A DNA stretch of 64,000 nt, from positions 33,689-97,688 of IMG/VR virus record IMGVR_UViG_3300012909_000001. One strand, 5' to 3'. Below, piece after piece: positions 43,724 to 53,523 of this stretch (the first letter of the stretch is position 1; each line of letters starts with the position of its first letter). Origin of the DNA: a virus. Its lineage: Duplodnaviria; Heunggongvirae; Uroviricota; Caudoviricetes. The notes beneath the pieces were generated by a model. That model searched no databases. It had not been told where the DNA came from and worked only from the letters and a program-made list of their open reading frames with translations. A program made the position numbers and the translations under genes.

Positions 43724-44868
43724 ATTTTCAGGAAATATATCAGGAGATTATTGTCAACAGAGACAATCACCAGGATGGTTATTATAATTGTATACCTTTT
43801 ATGGGTATGGACAGACTGGAGAGATTTATTCCAGGGATTGAACAAGATACTTATTATCTGATAACTGCCAATTCAGGAATTGGTAAGTCTAAGTTAGTGA
43901 GATTTCTATTCATACATAATCCTTATGAATATATCCAGAAACATCCAGACTCAGGTATTGAACTTAAAGTTATTTATTTTTCTTTGGAAGAAAGTAAAAA
44001 GAAAATCCTTCTATCTGAAATATCAAAGTATTTACATACTAAATATGGTATTTCTATATCAATCAAGCAATTACAATCCAGAGGTAGGTTTAACACCATA
44101 TCAGAGGATGTGCTTGAGAAGATAAAAGAAGCAGAAGAGTATCTTACTAAGTTCCTTGAAACTGTAGATATTGTAGATGGAATAAGAAACCCTACAGGAA
44201 TGTACAAATATGTCATGAAATATGCCTTATCAATTGGCAGATATTATGACAAAGATGGAATTCCACTTACAGAAGAGGAGCATGGGCAAGTACTCAGAGC
44301 AGAAGGAGAGACTTACAAGAAGATAGCATACTACAGAAAGAATAATCCAAAACACTATGTAATAGTAATTACAGACCACTTAAAGCTTATGTCAGGAGAA
44401 AAGGACTACCCAGAGGGTAAGCCAGCTATGAATAAATGGTCAAGTGATTATTGTCTTAGAATGAGGGATAAATTAGGGTTCATTCCAGTTAATGTGCAGC
44501 AACAGGCTTCAGATAAAGAGAAACTGGAATTTACTAATATGGGTAAATCTATAGAGGAAAAACTTGAGCCATCAATGGATGGATTAGGAGAACACAAATT
44601 GACCCAGCAAGATGCTAACATAGTATTAGGACTGTTTGCACCTGACAGGTATGGTATCAAAGCACATAATGGCTATGATATAACTTTCTTCAGAGATAGA
44701 TACAGAAGTATGACAATTCTTAAGGACAGAGATGGTACAGCTAATAAAAAGCTTCCACTCTTCTTTAACGGAGCATCAGACTTCTTCAAGGAATTACCAA
44801 GAGCAGATGATGCAACAGGTATGGATAGGGTCTATCAGTACACAAGACAATTAAATACAAACAGTTAA
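43720..44868 (+). CDS. DnaB-like (SF4) replicative helicase
   Basis: 382 aa. It has the Walker A ANSGIGKSK and the DnaB H2-type Walker B VIVITDHLKLM (compare IDYLQLM). Confidence 0.55.
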   Translation: MNFQEIYQEIIVNRDNHQDGYYNCIPFMGMDRLERFIPGIEQDTYYLITANSGIGKSKLVRFLFIHNPYEYIQKHPDSGIELKVIYFSLEESKKKILLSEISKYLHTKYGISISIKQLQSRGRFNTISEDVLEKIKEAEEYLTKFLETVDIVDGIRNPTGMYKYVMKYALSIGRYYDKDGIPLTEEEHGQVLRAEGETYKKIAYYRKNNPKHYVIVITDHLKLMSGEKDYPEGKPAMNKWSSDYCLRMRDKLGFIPVNVQQQASDKEKLEFTNMGKSIEEKLEPSMDGLGEHKLTQQDANIVLGLFAPDRYGIKAHNGYDITFFRDRYRSMTILKDRDGTANKKLPLFFNGASDFFKELPRADDATGMDRVYQYTRQLNTNS

Positions 44869-44870
44869 AT

Positions 44871-45587
44871 ATGGCGAATGCAATTGCAGTAGTTGGAGAT
44901 TCAGGTAGTGGGAAGAGTACCTCAATAGGTCAGACACCTGAATTAGGAATCATTGGGTTAGACCCAAAAGAAACATTTATTATAAATGTAAAAGGTAAAC
45001 CTCTTCCTTTCAGAGGGTGGAAAGCACAGTATAAACATATTGATGTAAGTAAACCACCTACAGCAGAGAATGGTAATTATCTTGCTACAACAGACTCAGC
45101 TCTGATTATTAAAACTTTAGGTTTTATTAATGCTAACAGACCTGAGATTAAAAATGTTGTACTTGATGACAGCCAGTATATCATGTCAGAGGAATTCATG
45201 GCTAATGCCTTGAAAACAGGATATGATAAGTTCAACAAAATGGCTAAGAATATGTATGACATCATTAACATGGGAATAAACATGAGAGATGGTGTTAACT
45301 TCATGTTACTTACTCATGATGATGAAGAAGATGGTAAATCTAAAATCAAAACATTAGGTAAAATGCTTGATGATAAAGTAAATCTTGCAGGATTGTTTAC
45401 TGTTGTACTATATACAACAACTAAAACAAATATGCAGGGAACTACTTATCACTTCATAACCAATAAACATATAGATGACAGGGGCATACACATTATGGCT
45501 AAGTCACCAGCAGGTATGTTTGAGGAGAAAATGATACCAAATGATATGGGATTAGTTTTACAAAAAATTGAGGAATATAACGGGTAA
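44871..45587 (+). CDS. P-loop ATPase, possibly a Sak4/RecA-like recombination ATPase
   Basis: 238 aa with the Walker A VVGDSGSGKST near the N-terminus. Confidence 0.45.
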   Translation: MANAIAVVGDSGSGKSTSIGQTPELGIIGLDPKETFIINVKGKPLPFRGWKAQYKHIDVSKPPTAENGNYLATTDSALIIKTLGFINANRPEIKNVVLDDSQYIMSEEFMANALKTGYDKFNKMAKNMYDIINMGINMRDGVNFMLLTHDDEEDGKSKIKTLGKMLDDKVNLAGLFTVVLYTTTKTNMQGTTYHFITNKHIDDRGIHIMAKSPAGMFEEKMIPNDMGLVLQKIEEYNG

Positions 45588-45592
45588 AAATT

Positions 45593-46033
45593 ATGGCAAG
45601 AGAAGCAGTTCAAATTACAATTTCAGATTTAACATCTAAAGTTGAAGCTGGTTGGAAAAAACCAGCACTTGCAGAGCATTACGGATTACCTGTATCACAG
45701 GTAACAAGTGCTTTACAAGCAGCAGGACTTAGAATCAGAAAATTCCACCATCCTAAATTTATTTTGGTAGATGACACAGTAAATCCAATTACGGATGCAA
45801 CTCCATCTATGATGTCAGCACCAGAGGCAGAAATGACTCTTATGCAGGCTATTGCAGCTAACCATGCTGTTATGGCAGGTGAAGATGATATCAATGATGA
45901 GTTAGAACCAGAAACAGGAGATTGGGATTATGATGATTCAGAGTTCCCTTCAGATGAAGCTGAAGAACCAACTATTGTGCAGGAAACAATAGTACCAGTA
46001 GAAGCAGAATCAACAGAGGAAGCTACCTGGTAA
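45593..46033 (+). CDS. Hypothetical acidic protein with a C-terminal EEATW tail
   Basis: 146 aa with a DE-rich C-terminal half ending in STEEATW. Confidence 0.4.
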   Translation: MAREAVQITISDLTSKVEAGWKKPALAEHYGLPVSQVTSALQAAGLRIRKFHHPKFILVDDTVNPITDATPSMMSAPEAEMTLMQAIAANHAVMAGEDDINDELEPETGDWDYDDSEFPSDEAEEPTIVQETIVPVEAESTEEATW

Positions 46034-46062
46034 GATTACAAATTAATTAAAATTTTTTAAAT

Positions 46063-46785
46063 ATGAATTACGGATATCAAGATTCGAATGAAGTAGGTCC
46101 AGGTAAACAAGGTGGGAAGTATGGACTAAACACAGGGTTTGTAACTAAATTTGAGTACAATCCAAATGCAGGTAAAGACGGAGCACAACAAGATGCTATT
46201 GACTTAACTGTACAAGTGGGTGAAAAAGAATACAGAGACAGAATATTCCCTGTAAGCAAAGTATTTGCTAAAGGTGGTGGAGAAATCACTGATACAAATT
46301 CTCAGGATTACAAAGATGCATTCCAAAAAGAACAGTCATTGCTTAATGCAAAACTTTCTGATATTGTGAAAGCATTTGTATCTGAGGAAGATATCAAACA
46401 AGCTCTTGCTACTCCAATTAGCTCATTCGCAGATTATGCACAAATCTTACAAAGATTAGTACAATCTGTACCAAATTGGAATAAACAACCTGTAGATATA
46501 TTTCTACAATATCAGTTTACTCCATCAGGAGAAAACACAAGAACATTCTTGGAGTTACCTAAAAATGTTAAGCATGGTGCTTATATAACTAAGTCTCAAG
46601 GACCTGGTTTTACAGAAGAGAAAACTGATACACATGTAAGGTATGTAAGAGGAACAGAAGTTCACCCTCTGAAAAGAGGTGAATGGTTTGTTAAATCTGC
46701 ATTTACAATACCTGTTGTATTAGCTGATACTTCTTCAAGTACTCAGGACATGAATGCAGCTCCACAAGGAGAAGCAACCTGGTAA
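46063..46785 (+). CDS. Hypothetical protein, possibly ssDNA-binding, with a C-terminal GEATW tail
   Basis: 240 aa ending in PQGEATW. It shares the tail motif with the upstream gene. Confidence 0.4.
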   Translation: MNYGYQDSNEVGPGKQGGKYGLNTGFVTKFEYNPNAGKDGAQQDAIDLTVQVGEKEYRDRIFPVSKVFAKGGGEITDTNSQDYKDAFQKEQSLLNAKLSDIVKAFVSEEDIKQALATPISSFADYAQILQRLVQSVPNWNKQPVDIFLQYQFTPSGENTRTFLELPKNVKHGAYITKSQGPGFTEEKTDTHVRYVRGTEVHPLKRGEWFVKSAFTIPVVLADTSSSTQDMNAAPQGEATW

Positions 46786-46791
46786 TAATCT

Positions 46792-47835
46792 ATGTATGGT
46801 TATAAGGAATTTATACCTTTAACACCAGAAGAAATACTATGTAGAGTTTCAGAAGAAGACATATTTAGTATTATTATCAAAGAAGAAATTATTGAAGATA
46901 AGGGAGCTTTCTATAAGGCTCCCTATCGTAATGATGAAATAGCAGATTGTTATTTTACCAGATATGATGGTCACTTAAGATTTATAGACTTTGCAGATTA
47001 CCAAAGAGCTAAAACTTGCTTTGGCCTTCTGCAAAGAGCCTATAACATCTCCTACAGAGAAGCTATGGAACTTATCAACAATCATTTTAAGCTTGGCTTA
47101 GGTGACAACTTAGAGAAAACTAAAGAAGTTGTTATTGAAAATGACTGTGTAGAAGAAGAAAAAATAGTAAAATCCTTTAAGGAAAGGGTCATCACCTATC
47201 TGCCAAGACAATTTGACTACAAAGATAAACAATTTTGGGATAAGTATGGTATAACAAAGCAAAATTTAATTGATGACAAGGTAGTACCTGTTGAAATTTA
47301 CAGGTCTACAAACAGAAAGGGAGAGACCTTCACAATAAGATGCTTTGATATATGCTATGCATATACTGATTTTGAAAATAACAAGGTAAAGATATACAGA
47401 CCTCATGCTATTACAAAAGAGGCTAAATGGTTTACAAACTGTAGCCAGAATGATGTAGGTTCTTTACAACATTTACCACAAGAAGGAGAACTTCTAATAA
47501 TATCTAAGTCTTACAAAGATTGCAGAGTACTAAGAAATATGGGATTAAATTCCTGCTGGTTTCAAAATGAAGGTATGATACCTGGTACTGCAATAATTGA
47601 GGATTTATCCAAAAGATTCAAAAAGATATTAGTTTGGTTTGACAATGACAGTGCGGGTATGACAAACAGCAGGATAGTAATTCAGTATATAAACTCAATA
47701 CATCCAGATAAAGCAAAGAACATAATGCTACCCCCAAGATTATTAACAGAACAAATAAAAGACCCTTCTGATTTTTACGCAAGTAAAGGTAAAGAAGAAT
47801 TAATTAAATTTTTAACAGTAAAGAAATTGCTATGA
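46792..47835 (+). CDS. DnaG-like primase (Toprim domain)
   Basis: 347 aa. A Toprim DxD-type motif ILVWFDNDSAGMT is present and the protein sits in the replication module. Confidence 0.5.
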   Translation: MYGYKEFIPLTPEEILCRVSEEDIFSIIIKEEIIEDKGAFYKAPYRNDEIADCYFTRYDGHLRFIDFADYQRAKTCFGLLQRAYNISYREAMELINNHFKLGLGDNLEKTKEVVIENDCVEEEKIVKSFKERVITYLPRQFDYKDKQFWDKYGITKQNLIDDKVVPVEIYRSTNRKGETFTIRCFDICYAYTDFENNKVKIYRPHAITKEAKWFTNCSQNDVGSLQHLPQEGELLIISKSYKDCRVLRNMGLNSCWFQNEGMIPGTAIIEDLSKRFKKILVWFDNDSAGMTNSRIVIQYINSIHPDKAKNIMLPPRLLTEQIKDPSDFYASKGKEELIKFLTVKKLL

Positions 47836-48506
47836 ATCCTACATCAAAATTCCATGAATCCTGGAAACCTTTATTAAGTTACCTGGAAACTGACCCAATG
47901 ATGAAAAAACTAAGTCAGGAAATCCTACCTAATACTAAATACTATCCTGAAAAAGAAGACATTTTTAATGTATTTCAAATGCCTGTAGAGGACATTAAGG
48001 TAGTTATATTGGGACAAGACCCTTATCCAAATGAGGGTCAAGCTATTGGCTATGCATTTGCTGTGTCTGAAGACACACCTAAACCAGCTTCACTCAAGAT
48101 AATAGAGAAAGAAATAGGCTCTGTCTTAGACAGAACATTATCACATTGGACAGGGCAAGGTGTATTTCTATTAAATACAGCACTTACAGTCAAGGTAAAA
48201 GAAGCAGGAAGTCATCTCCAGTATTGGGATGGTTTCATCAAACAAGTAATCAGTTTTATCTCACTCAAAAACAGAGTAGTATGGTTACTATGGGGAAAGA
48301 AAGCTCAGGCTTTTACTCCTTACATTACCAGAAGAAGTGAATTCAAAACTCTCGCGGAAATAGCGGATTTTAATATAATCTTAAACGCAGCACACCCTGC
48401 TGCTGAGGCATATTCAGGAGGAAAAGCAGGCTTCTATGGATGTAATCACTTTAATCTTGTAAATGAGATATTACAACAACAACAAAAATCCACAATAGTG
48501 TGGTAA
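47832..48506 (+). CDS. ung: Uracil-DNA glycosylase, family 1-like
   Basis: The water-activating motif VVILGQDPYP is present (compare GQDPYH). The C-terminal His-containing motif is AAHPAAEAYS. Confidence 0.7.
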   Translation: MNPTSKFHESWKPLLSYLETDPMMKKLSQEILPNTKYYPEKEDIFNVFQMPVEDIKVVILGQDPYPNEGQAIGYAFAVSEDTPKPASLKIIEKEIGSVLDRTLSHWTGQGVFLLNTALTVKVKEAGSHLQYWDGFIKQVISFISLKNRVVWLLWGKKAQAFTPYITRRSEFKTLAEIADFNIILNAAHPAAEAYSGGKAGFYGCNHFNLVNEILQQQQKSTIVW

Positions 48507-48533
48507 ACTTTAAAATTTAAAATTATTTTTATT

Positions 48534-48842
48534 ATGGCAACAGCGTCAACAACAACAGCACCAACAACTTATTTTGCATTAATTTCTCAAGATGAGAAAG
48601 CAACTAAAGCAGAATCTTTAAAATTAAAAGCACAAGAATCAGGTTTAGCTTTAAACCAGGAAATTTTTAACTTAACTGTTGATATTTCTAAAAAGAATAC
48701 TCAAATTTTAGCACTTCAAAGAATTATTCCATATTCTGTAGCTGATGAATACAGAGCTACTAAAGAGCTTACTGAATTGGAAGCAAGATTAGCTTTTGCT
48801 AATACAGTGAAAACAGAAAGATTCTCAGATTCACAAATCTAA
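48534..48842 (+). CDS. Hypothetical protein
   Basis: 102 aa ORF. Confidence 0.4.
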   Translation: MATASTTTAPTTYFALISQDEKATKAESLKLKAQESGLALNQEIFNLTVDISKKNTQILALQRIIPYSVADEYRATKELTELEARLAFANTVKTERFSDSQI

Positions 48843-48894
48843 GAACTGACTGCTTACAACAAGGGAAGTTAAATACAAATTAAATTACATTACA

Positions 48895-49335
48895 ATGAGA
48901 AAGATTAAAATCTATTCAACAGTAGGTGTGTCAGGAAGTATTGACACAAATGTTAGAACTTTAGGAGAGCTTAAACCTCTTTTAAGACAAAGAGAGATTG
49001 ACTATAGCGGAATGAAGCTATTAGTTGGTGAAACAAGAAATGAACTTAATGTTGATGATGCAGTATTGCCAGAAGGAGACTTCAAACTTTACTTAATGCC
49101 TCAGAAAACTAAGTCAGGTAATGGAGCTAAGTTCGCAAGACTTAATGAACTTATCGGAGAGTTTCAGGAAATTGTTGAGGGATTAGAGGAGGATTTTGAT
49201 AATCAAGATTCTTCTTATTCAGCACCTAAAGCTTCTTATACTTCTTACGAAGATGAGCAAGCTTTAGCTGACATCAGAGCTTTGGCTGCTGGTGGAAGTG
49301 GTTCTGCTCCAAAACAAAGAGACCCTTGGGGATAA
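48895..49335 (+). CDS. Candidate ubiquitin-like (beta-grasp) protein with a C-terminal Gly-Gly followed by a 12 aa tail
   Basis: 146 aa. The N-terminal 75 aa (KIKIYSTVGV...VLPEGDFKLYLMP) look MoaD/ThiS/Ubl-like. The sequence ...LAAGG-SGSAPKQRDPWG ends like a pro-Ubl. It is the first gene of the Ubl-E2-JAB-E1 cluster. Inferred, not demonstrated. Confidence 0.35.
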   Translation: MRKIKIYSTVGVSGSIDTNVRTLGELKPLLRQREIDYSGMKLLVGETRNELNVDDAVLPEGDFKLYLMPQKTKSGNGAKFARLNELIGEFQEIVEGLEEDFDNQDSSYSAPKASYTSYEDEQALADIRALAAGGSGSAPKQRDPWG

Positions 49336-49395
49336 TGATTAACAAAAAGGGGGGCTATAACTTAGCTCCCCTTTTTATATTAAATTACTAAAATT

Positions 49396-50577
49396 ATGGA
49401 TTTTAGAAAATTAGAGGAACAAATTAAGTTAAGTCCTAATATTCGTGATTTCAGATGGGTCAAAAAACAGTATGATAAAGGAAGGCTAACTCTAAGAGGA
49501 CAGCCTATATCAGCACCAGCTTTTGAACAATTCAGAAAGTCAGTAAAGACTATTGAAGAAATATATGAAGGACAATGGGATTTTGATGTAGTTGTAAGAT
49601 TATCAGCCTTACCAAAAGGTAAGAGAAAAATAACTATTGATATACAAGGTGTAGTAATACTATTACCTGAAGTCATTATCAAGAATTCCAAAAAGAAAAG
49701 CCATAAGATTGTAGACTTATACATTAATATAATGTTAGGTATAAGAAACAACAGGTTATTTATAGAAGGTACTTATGGAGGAAGAGGACAACTTAGTTAT
49801 GCTGAGTGGAGTTCAGCTTATTTTCATAGTCATCTTCCAACAAGAAACCCAGAAGCAGGAGCAACACCACCATTTTGGGGTAACTTCTGTACAGGTTCAG
49901 GTCACATTAATGAGGCAATTGCTGAGATTAACTCAGATGGATTTACTATCCAGAAATTTACTTCTTATCTTCTAAATTTATATACTCTTGTAAGTTGGGA
50001 ATCACTTGAAGGTGGTCCTCATCATCACATAGAGAATATTATACCAAGAAGTGGAAGTGCCAGAGAACATACTGTAAATGACATGGTTAGCAGAGATTTA
50101 ATGAATGTGATATTAAATTATCACAGAAATAATAATCTTGTACCTAAGATTGATTTTACAATAGAGAACAACCAGTATGTAATTAAAGACAATGAAACCT
50201 TCGAGGAATTCTTAAAATCAGCACCACTCTCAGATGTGCAAAAATCAAGATTCCTTTGTATGAGGGACGAAACAGGAAGATATTATTCCTATGGTTCAGG
50301 AACATCTACGCATGTTGAACCACCAAGATTCACTGGAACATTTATATTCCAGGGAGAAAAGAAAAAACTTGAAGTATATGGTACACCAGGAGACAGAGGT
50401 ACAGCCATTGAATATTTCGTACACCCAAGAATTAAAGAATTTATTATTAAAGAATTACAATATGACAGCAACAAAAAAATCATTAGAAAGAGTACAATTG
50501 ACAGATACAAAAGTGAAGTTGATAATGCCACAGAACATACTCCAGTTAATCCAGTTCCTGTGCTCAAGGATAGCTAA
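49396..50577 (+). CDS. Hypothetical protein, candidate E2-like component
   Basis: 393 aa. The segment FHSHLPTRNPEAGATPPFWGNFCTGSG is loosely UBC-like (His...Cys). Assigned mainly from its position between the Ubl-like gene and the JAB gene. Confidence 0.3.
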   Translation: MDFRKLEEQIKLSPNIRDFRWVKKQYDKGRLTLRGQPISAPAFEQFRKSVKTIEEIYEGQWDFDVVVRLSALPKGKRKITIDIQGVVILLPEVIIKNSKKKSHKIVDLYINIMLGIRNNRLFIEGTYGGRGQLSYAEWSSAYFHSHLPTRNPEAGATPPFWGNFCTGSGHINEAIAEINSDGFTIQKFTSYLLNLYTLVSWESLEGGPHHHIENIIPRSGSAREHTVNDMVSRDLMNVILNYHRNNNLVPKIDFTIENNQYVIKDNETFEEFLKSAPLSDVQKSRFLCMRDETGRYYSYGSGTSTHVEPPRFTGTFIFQGEKKKLEVYGTPGDRGTAIEYFVHPRIKEFIIKELQYDSNKKIIRKSTIDRYKSEVDNATEHTPVNPVPVLKDS

Positions 50578-50638
50578 AGTAGAGTGGTCAGGAGTACTAT
50601 TTTATAGTGTACAGGGAGACATTACAAATCCTTCAGAA

Positions 50639-51721
50639 ATGGTATTAACCATAGAGGATATACTACCTATGAATAAAGGTACAGCAGCTTATACAGAATA
50701 CTCTTTTGATGAGAGAGTAATTGACTATATGATGGAGAATGAGACAATGGAGAAAGGCTGGAAAATGGGCCATATTCACTCTCATAATACTATGGGAGTA
50801 TTCTTCTCAGGTACAGATTGGTCTGAACTTGAAGATAATGCACCAAACCATAACTTCTATCTTTCACTTATTGTGAATAACTTTATGGAGTTCTGTGCTA
50901 AAGTATGCTTTATAGCAGAATCTCAGGACAGTAAAGAATTTGCTTTCTATGCTAAGAATTCAGATGGAGAGAAATACCTTTTCAAATCTGAAGAGTATAA
51001 AGTAGAGGAAAAGAAACTTGTAGTTTATGACTGTGCTATAGATTCTCCCAGGTCAGAAATATCTGTTCCCGAAGAATTTATTCTTAAGGTGGATAAAGTC
51101 ATTGAAGATGCAGATAAGGTGGCAGCAGCTGTTACAAAAATAAGTAATACTAACTATGCCGGATTCGGTACTGGTAAAGTATATGGAAGTAATGGTCAAC
51201 AAGTAGGTACAAGGACTCCCAGTAACCCCTCCACATGGGGAGAACACGGAGATAGTGCAGCATGGGATGACTATGACTACCCATATCAGGGGAAAAAAGA
51301 AGAAGAAGACCAGCAGGAATTCAACTGGGAACCAAAGGAGCAGAAGAAGGTAAGTACAAGTATTTACACTGATTTCAATGAAGAAGTAGAGCATTTTGCT
51401 ATGTTTGTTCTGAATACAGGTAATAACTTAAGAGAATTTGCTGATATTGAAGATATCATTAAGCATTATCTGAAGTTTAATCTGAAGCCTAAAATGTTAG
51501 CATCAAGTATCTTAGAGAAATATGCATCATTGTATGACAATTTCTTTGATAGTATGCCAAACAGAGAAAATGCTGATGTATTTACTTTTGTAACTGAAGG
51601 TGTAATCAATGAGTATGAAAATACTTTCCATCTTACACAAAGTAAAAGTGTACAGGAAATGTTAAGTCCTGTAATAGGAAGTTTAAAATCAATGTTAGAA
51701 AAATTCAAAGTAGCTAAGTAA
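50639..51721 (+). CDS. JAB/MPN (JAMM) metalloprotease domain protein; start set at the first ATG after the upstream stop
   Basis: JAMM motif E...HSHNTMGVFFSGTD (HxHx7Sx2D; compare Rpn11 HSHPGFGCWLSGVD) preceded by a conserved Glu. It has a charged C-terminal extension. Confidence 0.65.
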   Translation: MVLTIEDILPMNKGTAAYTEYSFDERVIDYMMENETMEKGWKMGHIHSHNTMGVFFSGTDWSELEDNAPNHNFYLSLIVNNFMEFCAKVCFIAESQDSKEFAFYAKNSDGEKYLFKSEEYKVEEKKLVVYDCAIDSPRSEISVPEEFILKVDKVIEDADKVAAAVTKISNTNYAGFGTGKVYGSNGQQVGTRTPSNPSTWGEHGDSAAWDDYDYPYQGKKEEEDQQEFNWEPKEQKKVSTSIYTDFNEEVEHFAMFVLNTGNNLREFADIEDIIKHYLKFNLKPKMLASSILEKYASLYDNFFDSMPNRENADVFTFVTEGVINEYENTFHLTQSKSVQEMLSPVIGSLKSMLEKFKVAK

Positions 51722-52440
51722 TGAATACAACACAATCATCAAGATTTAAAGATGCACCCTGGTTTCCTAAAGAAGAAACACATGTAATTGTAGGTGGTGC
51801 AGGTGGTATTGGTTCATGGCTTACTATGATGCTTGCAAGAGCCGGATTTATGCCTATTGTATATGACTTTGATACTATTGAAGAGCATAATATGGGAGGA
51901 CAATTATTTCCTAAAAGACTTATAGGTAAAACTAAAGTTGCTGCTCTTAAAGAGATAGTACAGGATTTTACAGATACTGTCATAGATATTCAGAATGAGA
52001 AGTACACTACAGAGAGTCCAACACATCATTATGTTTTCTCTGCATTTGATAATATGCAGGCAAGAAAGGATATGTTTGCTAATTGGAAAATTTATGTTAA
52101 AGATTGGCAAAACAGTTTGACTGAAGCTCCTTTAGCAGAAGGTGAAACTGAAATTGTACCAGTATTCATTGATGGTAGACTTACTATGGAACAATTACAT
52201 ATATTTTGTGTAACACCAGACAGAATTGAAGAGTATGAAAAACATCTCTTTGATGATTCTGAAGTTCCGGATGCACCCTGTACTCTTAAACAGACATCAC
52301 ACTCAGCTGCTATGATTGCAGCACATATGGTAGCATTCTTCACAAACCACTTTGCTAATAATCAAATTGGAGAAGATGACAGAGCACTACCATTTTCATG
52401 GGAATATTTTATTCCTATTAACTATCTAAATGAACAATAA
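51721..52440 (+). CDS. E1-like (ThiF/MoeB-family) adenylyltransferase
   Basis: Rossmann motif VIVGGAGGIGS followed by YDFDTIEEHNMGGQ (compare ThiF DFDvVelsNLqRQ). The start codon overlaps the JAB stop. Confidence 0.6.
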   Translation: MNTTQSSRFKDAPWFPKEETHVIVGGAGGIGSWLTMMLARAGFMPIVYDFDTIEEHNMGGQLFPKRLIGKTKVAALKEIVQDFTDTVIDIQNEKYTTESPTHHYVFSAFDNMQARKDMFANWKIYVKDWQNSLTEAPLAEGETEIVPVFIDGRLTMEQLHIFCVTPDRIEEYEKHLFDDSEVPDAPCTLKQTSHSAAMIAAHMVAFFTNHFANNQIGEDDRALPFSWEYFIPINYLNEQ

Positions 52441-52442
52441 TT

Positions 52443-53108
52443 ATGGCAACAAACATAGTTTCATTTGTGAGACCCCCAGTTAGCAGTTCAAATGCTAATA
52501 ATTTCAAAACAAGGAATATAGGGACTTCAGATTGTAATATGTTTATACCATTCTTCGCTGTATTTCAACACAGTTTAATTACTTTTAAAGACAGAGAAGA
52601 TGTACAAGTTTTAGAATATTCTCTACCTATAGATGTCCCTGAAATAAATGGATTTGAATATAGATATGACAGGATGATACATCATCTGATAAATACTATG
52701 ACTCCAAAGAGATTCAAATTTTCAGTTGCAACAGTACCTCAGCATGTAAATGTTGTAAGAGGTGCTATATATGGTCCAAATGAGAATCTTCTTATTTGTC
52801 TTGGTATAAATGTACAATATCTTTTTAGTAAGCCTATTGAAGAAATAGTAGCTAATCCGGATTATTCACAGTTTTGTATATTTGTGAGTAACGAATTAGA
52901 TGAAAACCCTATCTATAAGAATCTGAAGAAGAAACTTCATATGGATTACTTTCCTGAAGCAGCAGTGCAAGGTATAGATATTGTCTACACAACAAAAATT
53001 GCAGACAGATTGTTCAGAAACAATTTTGTCCAACCAAAGTTTAAAAATATTTCCGAAAGAGCTAAATATCTAAAAGAAGAAGTTCCTAAAAGCCTATTAA
53101 TAGACTAA
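52443..53108 (+). CDS. Hypothetical protein
   Basis: 221 aa ORF immediately downstream of the E1-like gene. Confidence 0.4.
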   Translation: MATNIVSFVRPPVSSSNANNFKTRNIGTSDCNMFIPFFAVFQHSLITFKDREDVQVLEYSLPIDVPEINGFEYRYDRMIHHLINTMTPKRFKFSVATVPQHVNVVRGAIYGPNENLLICLGINVQYLFSKPIEEIVANPDYSQFCIFVSNELDENPIYKNLKKKLHMDYFPEAAVQGIDIVYTTKIADRLFRNNFVQPKFKNISERAKYLKEEVPKSLLID

Positions 53109-53109
53109 T

Positions 53110-53523
53110 ATGGATATTCAAATAAAAAAAAGAAGCATTGGAAAAACAAACAAAAGAAATGGCTCAGAAGCTGAAAGGTTCTATGCCAACATATTCAGAG
53201 AAATAGGATTTAGTCATTGTAAAACATCAAGACTTGGTTCTAAACTTCATGATGATGCTGGTATAGACTTAATATTCTTACCTTTTAATGTGCAGGTTAA
53301 ACATGGAAAACAAGCAGGAATGAATCCAGCTAGGGAATTACAATATATGCAGAACAGAATGTTTGAGTTATTTCCTCAAAGTTCTCCTGAGCACTTATTC
53401 CCTAAAATAGTTATCCATAAAAAAGCTGTTGGTACAGGAAAAAGAAGAACTCCTTATGATGAAATAGTCACTATGACATTTGAGGATTTTTTAAAGATTA
53501 TTCAGAAGATTGAGAAATGGTAA
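53110..53523 (+). CDS. Holliday junction resolvase, Hjc/archaeal-type PD-(D/E)xK nuclease
   Basis: The region GSEAERFYANIFREIGF...RLGSKLHDDAGIDLIFL...VQVKHG matches the Hjc pattern (GSxxER...GF...GSK..DLI...K). Confidence 0.55.
   Translation: MDIQIKKRSIGKTNKRNGSEAERFYANIFREIGFSHCKTSRLGSKLHDDAGIDLIFLPFNVQVKHGKQAGMNPARELQYMQNRMFELFPQSSPEHLFPKIVIHKKAVGTGKRRTPYDEIVTMTFEDFLKIIQKIEKW

Noticed and set aside
50291-50638. Long 5' extension of the JAB-protein ORF (track start 50291) overlapping 49396..50577 by 286 nt
   Set aside because: The overlap is in another frame of a well-supported upstream gene. The first ATG after the upstream stop (50639) gives a compact arrangement. The JAMM domain lies entirely downstream of it.
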